Source of the DNA: Candidatus Falkowbacteria bacterium UBA1359
GTDB taxonomy: Bacteria > Patescibacteriota > Patescibacteriia > Patescibacteriales > Patescibacteriaceae
Assembly (NCBI GenBank): GCA_002306385.1
Contig: DBRV01000003.1
Coordinates: 861 to 64,860 of the forward strand
Length of the DNA: 64,000 bases
Reading direction: 5' to 3'
The notes below the pieces were generated by a model. The model had not been told where the DNA came from, did not search any database, and saw only the letters and a program-made list of their open reading frames with translations. Position 1 is the stretch's first letter. Each line of letters opens with the position of its first letter. Made by a program: the position numbers and the translations under genes. Shown here piece after piece: positions 57,427 through 64,000 of the stretch.

Positions 57427-57499
57427 GCGCTCGTAGCTCAGCGGTTAGAGCATCGCTCTTATAAAGCGGGGGTCGATGGTTCAAATCCATCCGGGCGCA
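57427..57499 (+). tRNA. tRNA-Ile(TAT)
   Basis: GCGCTCG...CGGGCGC-A, anticodon arm TCGCT-CTTATAA-AGCGG, GGTTCAAATCC. Confidence 0.92.
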
Positions 57500-57568
57500 C
57501 CTAGGCGGGGTATAAATTTTGTTATGGTTGACAATGGGAGTATAAATTCTTACAATAAACCTTACCAA

Positions 57569-57642
<74 letters not shown>

Positions 57643-57647
57643 CCTAT

Positions 57648-58832
57648 CTAAGATATGCCTTTAGCTTTAGAGAGCCAATAGGCTAGTCCACCAATCACCC
57701 CAGCAATTAATAAACCCCCTAGCCAAGTAAATGGCGAGATAGTCTTGGTGGTAGTTGAAGTACTTAAATCTAGGGTAGTAGTAGCTGAAGTAGTAGTTGG
57801 CTGAATAATTTTTTGGACGTCACTTAATTGACGAGGCACGAGACGTCGGCCATTATTGTCTATGATTAAACCGATTATTCTATATTTTTCTCCCACGGTA
57901 AAATTACTATTTTTTAGTTCCGTACCAGTTTTTAATTGAATTAACACTTCGCCAAAATCATCAGTTAAATAAATAGTCGACTGATTTTTAGCCGCTACTT
58001 TTCCTTTAATAGCGACTAATTGTCCAGGCAGTAAACCATTAATATCTGAAGTAGTGATTTCTTTAATCTTTAGTTGATGATTACTAGATATTACTTTAAT
58101 GTCTTGTGGACCCTTAATATTTAGTTTAGTTTCTTGGGTGGTTGAGACTAGAGTGCCACTTACTTCAATTAAATCACCAAGCTGAAGTTGGGGCCATAGT
58201 TTATAATAGCAGTAAATTTTTAGTCCGCCCGTATTGTCTGGAGAAGTAATATAAAAATATTGGCTAGAAAGTTGGTAAGGTAAGGCACTAACTATGCCCT
58301 GTACTTTATCTAAAGTGCTTGTTGCTTTACTAATTGGAGAGGTAATAGTTTCGGACGTTGCCGGAGTGGTGGAGTTTAGACTAACAGTGGTATCTAGCCA
58401 CTTCCAGCCATCTCCCTCAAGGCGGTAAATGGCACCACTAGGAGCCTTGGTATAGCTTAGAGAATCCACTAGAGTGCCATCAGGTTGCCAAAGATATAAA
58501 GATTCGGCGTCGTTATTAAGACTTATACCTAGTGTTTTAGTTTCCAGATGCCAAGTTTGACCTGGGCCAAGAATATAGTCTGGCAGGAGGCTAGGATTGT
58601 CGCGCTTAGCTTCGTCGGAAATATGCCAGCCAGCCGAGCTTACATTTTCTTGGCTTACATTAATAATTTCCAGGTATTCTTTTTCACCCGTAGCTGGTCG
58701 GGGTAAGAGCTCATGAAATATTAAAGTTTGCGCCTGAACATAAAAGGGCAGGCAATAATTACTGGTGATGAGCCAGATTAATAAGATTTTTTTTCGGCCA
58801 AGAATTAGCCGAAACCCCTCCTTAATAGTCAT
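57648..58832 (-). CDS. Surface protein with lamin-tail domain, OB-folds and C-terminal TM anchor
   Basis: IFHELLPRP...EYLEIIN, LNNDAESLYL; two OB-like regions; Thr-rich linkers; terminal TM. Confidence 0.8.
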   Translation of the reverse strand: MTIKEGFRLILGRKKILLIWLITSNYCLPFYVQAQTLIFHELLPRPATGEKEYLEIINVSQENVSSAGWHISDEAKRDNPSLLPDYILGPGQTWHLETKTLGISLNNDAESLYLWQPDGTLVDSLSYTKAPSGAIYRLEGDGWKWLDTTVSLNSTTPATSETITSPISKATSTLDKVQGIVSALPYQLSSQYFYITSPDNTGGLKIYCYYKLWPQLQLGDLIEVSGTLVSTTQETKLNIKGPQDIKVISSNHQLKIKEITTSDINGLLPGQLVAIKGKVAAKNQSTIYLTDDFGEVLIQLKTGTELKNSNFTVGEKYRIIGLIIDNNGRRLVPRQLSDVQKIIQPTTTSATTTLDLSTSTTTKTISPFTWLGGLLIAGVIGGLAYWLSKAKGIS

Positions 58833-58848
58833 ATATTTAAGTTAAAAA

Positions 58849-59925
58849 TTAAGCTAGTTCTTTTTTAAATAGATCCACCCAGGGTATTTTAGCTGGATCT
58901 ACTCCATTAAGTAGGCCAAGATAATAGCTTAGCCAGCTGCCAAAAGCTAGGATCTCTAAAGCTGTACCCAGATGGCTAGAAGACTTAGCCTCATAAGTTA
59001 GTACTGGTAATTTATTTTGTTTAAAGATTTTATCAGTAAGATAAAGCCGTCGTTCTAAACGCTGAGGTAATCCTTTAACTTTAAAAGAGAGGATAATTAT
59101 GGTGTCGGGTAAGTTGGGAGGAAAGGATAGCCCTTCCATAGCATAGTGGTTTAATTCCGGAACAGTTAAATAATTCGCTAGATTTTTGGCTGTTTCATTT
59201 AATTGGTTGCGTAAAATATGAAGATTGCCGTTAAGACAGTCTGGGCCGACTAGCCAGATTTGGCGGCCATATAATTTCGTAGCCAATTTTTTAGCCTTAT
59301 TTTTATTAGTGGGTTTTTCTGGTAGCCAGGTTTCATTAAGTTTGGCCAAATCTTTTACTAATTGCCGAGCAGTTTTTAAATCAAAAGGGTAAAGTTCTAA
59401 TTGATATAGTAGTCCCAACAGTCCAAAAGTAGCATAACCTAAACCCAGACGAGGTTGTCCGCAAGGATTGTAGCGGGGGTCAAAAATATAAGCTGGCCAA
59501 TTATTGTGGCGAGCTAGATGAGCTAAGGGATTATTAGGAGAGTCAGCAGTAATGGCGGCTATTTGACAGTGCCGTTTTTTAAGTTCTGGGACAACACTTA
59601 GTGGTTCTTCGGTGGTACCCGAATAACTACTAACAATATAGAGAGTTTCGCGATCAATATAGCCAGGGACAGTATATCCTGGTTCGATCAATAGGGGCAA
59701 GGGTAATGTCTCAGCTAAACTTGAAGCAACAAGGCGGGCTCCTAAATTAGAGCCACCCATGCCATTAACAACAATTTTATTAATTGGCCTAGATAATTTA
59801 AGTTTAGGCTGTTTTTTAATATCGTCTAGGACTTGAGTTAATTGTTTAGGCAGTAAAGCAATAGACTCGCCAACTTGCTGGCTATCTAGAGTCAGGCGTT
59901 TAGTAGGATTATCTAAAATAGACAT
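58849..59925 (-). CDS. Bifunctional phosphoglucose/phosphomannose isomerase (archaeal-type SIS)
   Basis: GMGGS, SYSGTTEE, QPR, QLNETAK, PELNHY, VDP. Confidence 0.92.
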   Translation of the reverse strand: MSILDNPTKRLTLDSQQVGESIALLPKQLTQVLDDIKKQPKLKLSRPINKIVVNGMGGSNLGARLVASSLAETLPLPLLIEPGYTVPGYIDRETLYIVSSYSGTTEEPLSVVPELKKRHCQIAAITADSPNNPLAHLARHNNWPAYIFDPRYNPCGQPRLGLGYATFGLLGLLYQLELYPFDLKTARQLVKDLAKLNETWLPEKPTNKNKAKKLATKLYGRQIWLVGPDCLNGNLHILRNQLNETAKNLANYLTVPELNHYAMEGLSFPPNLPDTIIILSFKVKGLPQRLERRLYLTDKIFKQNKLPVLTYEAKSSSHLGTALEILAFGSWLSYYLGLLNGVDPAKIPWVDLFKKELA

Positions 59926-60025
59926 ATTTAGTAATTATTGAGTCTTATTATTATAGCAAGATTATTGCTCTTTATCAAAAAGTGTGATAACTTATTATTA
60001 AGCTTATTACTATTCAAAGATTTTT

Positions 60026-60757
60026 ATGTCTGGACATTCTAAATGGGCGACCACTAAACGTCAAAAGGCTGTAGTGGATGCAAAACGTGGCGCTATTTTT
60101 ACTAAACTTAGCAATTTAATTAGTATTGCGGCTCGTGATAAAGGTGGAGACCCTGATACCAACTTTACTTTACGGCTGGCCATTGAAAAGGCCAAGCAGG
60201 CCAACATGCCTAAAGAAAATATTGAGCGAGCAATTAAACGAGGCACTGGTGAAGCTGAGGGACAGCAAATTGAGGAATTAATTTATGAGGGCAAAGGACC
60301 AGCTGGCAGTCAGTTTATTATTAAATGTCTGACTGATAATCGTAATCGAACTGCTGCTACTATTCGTCATCTTTTTTCTAGGGTAGGTGGTAATTTAGCA
60401 CCGGTGGCGTGGAATTTTAATCCTCGTGGGGTTATCCAAATAGCCAATGAATCTTTAAATGGTAAAATTAGTGATTGGGATGATTTCGAGTTGCAACTTA
60501 TTGATCAAGGAGCAGAAGATATTTTTAAAGAAGATGAAGGTATTACTATCTATACTAAGCCTGAGGATTTACAGAAAGTTAAGACTTTTTTAGAAGGCTT
60601 AGCTATTAATACTGAAGTAGCCGAATTACAGCAAGTAGCTAAAGAAAAAATCATTATCCAAGATCCTGCTGACAAAGAAAAATTAGAAGGTTTTATTGAA
60701 TCACTGGAAGATTGTGAGGATGTTAGTGATTATTATACTAATGCTGAATGGGACTAA
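60026..60757 (+). CDS. yebC: YebC/PmpR family protein
   Basis: MSGHSKWATTKRQK, NMPKENIERAI, YEG.GP, TDNRNRT. Confidence 0.97.
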   Translation: MSGHSKWATTKRQKAVVDAKRGAIFTKLSNLISIAARDKGGDPDTNFTLRLAIEKAKQANMPKENIERAIKRGTGEAEGQQIEELIYEGKGPAGSQFIIKCLTDNRNRTAATIRHLFSRVGGNLAPVAWNFNPRGVIQIANESLNGKISDWDDFELQLIDQGAEDIFKEDEGITIYTKPEDLQKVKTFLEGLAINTEVAELQQVAKEKIIIQDPADKEKLEGFIESLEDCEDVSDYYTNAEWD

Positions 60758-61251
60758 CAGCTCAACAACGTATTATTGTGGGATTTGACCCTGGCCTAGC
60801 TGACACTGGTTTTGGGGTAATTAAGGTTCAGGGAGATAGACTTACTTGTCTGGCCTATGGTTCGTTAAGGACGCCAGCCAAGGTAAATTTATCTAAGAGG
60901 CTTTCACTGCTATATCAAAAGGTGCAGGAAGTGTTAGAGAAATATAAACCAGATTTAGTGGGTATTGAACAATTGTTTTTTTGCCGTAATGTCACAACTG
61001 CTTTTGGGGTAGGTCAAGCTCGGGGAGTAGTAATGCTGGCTATTGGCCAGCGCTCTATTCCTTATTTAGAATTTACACCTTTGCAAGTAAAACAAGCAGT
61101 AGTTGGTTATGGCCAGGGAAATAAGCAACAAGTTCAAAAAATGGTTAAATTAATACTTAATCTTCAGGCTATTCCTAAACCAGATGATGCAGCTGATGGT
61201 CTTGCCATAGCACTATGTGCCGCTCAGAGCCGGACAACCTTATTAGTTTAA
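60748..61251 (+). CDS. ruvC: Holliday junction resolvase RuvC
   Basis: GFDPG, IEQLFF, QARGV, TPLQVK, PDDAADGLA. Confidence 0.97.
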   Translation: MGLTAQQRIIVGFDPGLADTGFGVIKVQGDRLTCLAYGSLRTPAKVNLSKRLSLLYQKVQEVLEKYKPDLVGIEQLFFCRNVTTAFGVGQARGVVMLAIGQRSIPYLEFTPLQVKQAVVGYGQGNKQQVQKMVKLILNLQAIPKPDDAADGLAIALCAAQSRTTLLV

Positions 61252-61255
61252 TTTT

Positions 61256-62716
61256 ATGGGAAAAATATTAAAGATAGCTAGTATCGCTTCAGAAGTAGCG
61301 CCCTTCAGCAAGACTGGGGGGTTAGCTGATGTGGCTCGCAGTTTACCTAAGGCTCTTTGTCGTTTAGGCCATGAAGTGATAGTTATTACCCCATTATATA
61401 ACCAAATTATAGACAAGAGTACTCATAAACTTAAAGAGATTTATCATGATGTTCTCTTAAATGTTGGTGGTCAGACAGTGAAGGTTAATTATTGGCAAGG
61501 TTATTTAATGGAGGGTTTGCCAGTTTATTTTGTAGAGCAATTAGAGTATTTTGGTTCAAGTCCTAAAATTTATGGTCTTCCTAATGACAATGCTCGTTTT
61601 TACCTTTTTGATGTTGCTAGTTTACGATTATTAGAGCTGATACAATTTCAGCCCGATATTATTCATTGTCATGATTGGCAGACTGGACTTATCCCTCAAT
61701 TATTGAATACTCAGTTTAAAAATTCACCGGCTCTACGTGGAGCGCGGACAGTGTTTACTATCCACAATCTAATTTTTCAGTTTGGCCATAATTGGTGGGA
61801 GACACCATTTGAAAAAAAGGATTTTGGTACTAAAAAACTACCGGCCCTTAATGATCCAGACCTAGAATATATTAATTTTGTAAAACGGGGTATTATGAAT
61901 GCCGATGTTATTAATACAGTGAGTGAACAATATCGGGAAGAGATTATGACCCGGCATTTTGGCCAAAACTTACACCGCATCCTGCGTAATCGTGCTGACC
62001 GTCTTTTTGGAATTATTAATGGGATTGATTATTTTGATTATAATCCAGCTAGTGATAAAAGTCTGCCTAAGCAATATGATTGGCATACAGCCAGTGAAGG
62101 TAAGGCCACTAACAAGTTAGTTTTACAGGAAAAATTAGGATTGCAGGTAAGTAAAGAGACGCCCTTATTTTGTGCAACTTCCCGCATAACCTTTCAGAAA
62201 GGTTTTAGTCTTATTATGGGTATTATGGACTGGCTATTAAAACAAGAACTTCAACTGATCATTTTAGGTGATGGCGATGCTTATTATGTTGATAAATTAA
62301 AAGGGTGGCAGAAGCAATACCCCAAACGTTTAGTTTTTCTTCCATATAATGATTATTGGCAATTTGAACAATTAATTTATGCAGGAAGTGATTGTCTTCT
62401 TCTGCCGTCTCATCACGAACCATGTGGTCTTAATCAGTTAATTGCTATGCGTTATGGCTGTGTCCCCATTGTCCGTAATGTTGGTGGCCTTAATGATACA
62501 GTAACCGACTATAATCCTCGGACTAATCATGGTACCGGTTTTGTTTTTAATAATTTTTCTAATATTGCTTTATATACCGCAATTATTCGAGCGATGGAGG
62601 ATTTTCGTCATGAGACTAGCTGGGCCGCGTTGGTGCGGCGTGATATGAAGCGAGCTACTTCTTGGGAAATACCGGCTCGAAAATATGTTAGTTTATATCG
62701 GCGAGCTTTAAAATAG
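61256..62716 (+). CDS. glgA: Glycogen synthase
   Basis: KTGGLADV, HCHDWQT, TIHNL, EPCGLNQL. Confidence 0.96.
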   Translation: MGKILKIASIASEVAPFSKTGGLADVARSLPKALCRLGHEVIVITPLYNQIIDKSTHKLKEIYHDVLLNVGGQTVKVNYWQGYLMEGLPVYFVEQLEYFGSSPKIYGLPNDNARFYLFDVASLRLLELIQFQPDIIHCHDWQTGLIPQLLNTQFKNSPALRGARTVFTIHNLIFQFGHNWWETPFEKKDFGTKKLPALNDPDLEYINFVKRGIMNADVINTVSEQYREEIMTRHFGQNLHRILRNRADRLFGIINGIDYFDYNPASDKSLPKQYDWHTASEGKATNKLVLQEKLGLQVSKETPLFCATSRITFQKGFSLIMGIMDWLLKQELQLIILGDGDAYYVDKLKGWQKQYPKRLVFLPYNDYWQFEQLIYAGSDCLLLPSHHEPCGLNQLIAMRYGCVPIVRNVGGLNDTVTDYNPRTNHGTGFVFNNFSNIALYTAIIRAMEDFRHETSWAALVRRDMKRATSWEIPARKYVSLYRRALK

Positions 62717-62720
62717 TAAT

Positions 62721-63869
62721 ATGCGCTGGATTAATATTTTACATTTTTATCAGCCTCCACTAAGTAATAGAGACTCAGTTATAGAAGCAGCTAAATTAAG
62801 TTACAAGCGATGGGCTAAGGCTTTATTAAGCCATCCTCAAGCTAAAATAACCCTTAATTTTACTGGTTGTTTACTTGAGCAATTATTAAATCTTGGTGAA
62901 GATGAATTAATTGCTAATTGGCAGAAATTGGTGGGGCGTGGACAGGTAGAACTCTTAGGCTCAGCCTATTGGCATGCTTTACTTCCTAAGATAACTAAAG
63001 AAGAGGCTACTTACCAAGTGGCAGCTCAAGAAAAGATACTGGCTAAACTATTTAGAGTCAGCCGCCCCTCGGGGTTTTTTGCACCCGAGCTCGCTTATTC
63101 TCCCGAACTTTTAGTTTGGTTAGCTGAAAGAGGTTATGGTTATGCAGTGGTTGATGAAATTCATATTGGCGGAACGTTAAATCAGCCAAAGCAATTATTT
63201 TATCAAGATGAGGGATCAGGAATGATGGTGGCGGTTCGACAAAGAGAGTGGTCGAAAAAATATCCACCCGAGGTGTTAATGACTAAAGAAAATTGTCCCG
63301 AGTTATTACTTACAGCAACCGACGGAGAACTTTATGGCTTGCGGCATCTAGATATTCGAGGTAATTTAGAGAAATGTTTAGCTAACGATTCTGTTGAGAC
63401 ATTAACTGTTTCTGAGGCTATGGCTTTAAATCCTCACCCCATTGCTAGTATTGTTGCTGCTTCTTGGGAAAGTTTGCCATCTGAGCTTAAAGCCAAAGAA
63501 CCCTATGCCCTTTGGGATAAGCGGAGTAATAAGATTCAGCAAATATTGTGGTCGCTGGCTGATTTAGCCCAACAGGCGGCTATTCATTTCAAGGGTGATA
63601 GCAATCAAGAATGGGTATTACGACATTTACATCAAGGGCTAGCTAGTTGTGCCTGGTGGTGGGCTAGTAACTGCGATTTTGAGTTGTTTAGTGGCCCGGC
63701 TTGGAATCCAGACGAAATTATTCGGGGAGCTGAGCAATTAACGAGAAGCGTTCGTTCAATTATGAACCCGCGTAGTCGGCCTTGGAAGCTAGAAGCAGAT
63801 AAAATGTTCTGTAAACTCCAGGCCAGAGTCTGGCGAGAGCATTGGCGTAGATGGCCAGAGCTTAAATAA
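62721..63869 (+). CDS. Glycoside hydrolase family 57 protein
   Basis: LHFYQP, ELLGSAYWHALLP, FFAPELAYS, ATDGELYG. Confidence 0.9.
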   Translation: MRWINILHFYQPPLSNRDSVIEAAKLSYKRWAKALLSHPQAKITLNFTGCLLEQLLNLGEDELIANWQKLVGRGQVELLGSAYWHALLPKITKEEATYQVAAQEKILAKLFRVSRPSGFFAPELAYSPELLVWLAERGYGYAVVDEIHIGGTLNQPKQLFYQDEGSGMMVAVRQREWSKKYPPEVLMTKENCPELLLTATDGELYGLRHLDIRGNLEKCLANDSVETLTVSEAMALNPHPIASIVAASWESLPSELKAKEPYALWDKRSNKIQQILWSLADLAQQAAIHFKGDSNQEWVLRHLHQGLASCAWWWASNCDFELFSGPAWNPDEIIRGAEQLTRSVRSIMNPRSRPWKLEADKMFCKLQARVWREHWRRWPELK

Positions 63870-63875
63870 AGACAT

Positions 63876-64000
63876 ATGGCAACCATAGAAGACATTTTAG
63901 ACCCTCATTGTGTTAGTCAACTTCTTAATAAACATTTGAATAAATCAGATTTTCACTGGTCTAATATTGTAGTGCATGATGTTCAAATCATAAAAGAGAA
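63876..64000 (+). CDS. Partial CDS continuing the glycogen operon (runs off the right edge)
   Basis: ATG 6 nt after the GH57 stop; open frame MATIEDILDPHCVSQLLNKHLNK... to the end of the window. Confidence 0.6.
   Translation, partial: MATIEDILDPHCVSQLLNKHLNKSDFHWSNIVVHDVQIIKE

Noticed and set aside
57287..57568. 93-aa minus-strand ORF
   Set aside because: Antisense to tRNA-Ile and the end of the DHH-like gene.

Overview
Origin-proximal chromosome segment of an AT-rich, small-genome bacterium. Gene content (tandem TrbC/VirB2-type pilins, archaeal-type PGI/PMI, dnaA-dnaN without recF/gyrB, mostly Shine-Dalgarno-less core genes) suggests Patescibacteria/CPR using genetic code 11; this taxonomy is inference. 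Core content: oriC (dnaA, dnaN, DnaA boxes, a visible skew switch), rpmH-rnpA-yidD-yidC, nusA, holA, infB-rbfA-nrnA, polA, murD, ftsH, rpsA, rpsT, lgt, topA, PBP1A, ppsA, yebC-ruvC-glgA-GH57 and eight tRNAs, including an unusual tRNA-Ile(UAU). The left end is a decayed island at tRNA-Ser. It carries a recombinase remnant, an NMNAT-like gene, two coupled radical SAM genes (one RlmN/Cfr-like but lacking the resolving Cys) and a MoxR-type AAA+ ATPase that the ORF track missed. The most striking unexplained pattern is five dispersed, self-contained expression units with a shared layout: sigma70 promoter, a boxA-like 12-mer, a strong AGGAGG, an orphan or foreign ORF (or a structured ORF-less RNA) and an intrinsic terminator. 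They sit among core genes that lack both signals. Also notable: a two-motor PilB fusion, a six-pilin array with near-identical cores and variable N-termini, a FlgD-Ig/T9SS-CTD-like secreted protein, and a parS-like site. All family assignments are by motif recognition; no database search was run.
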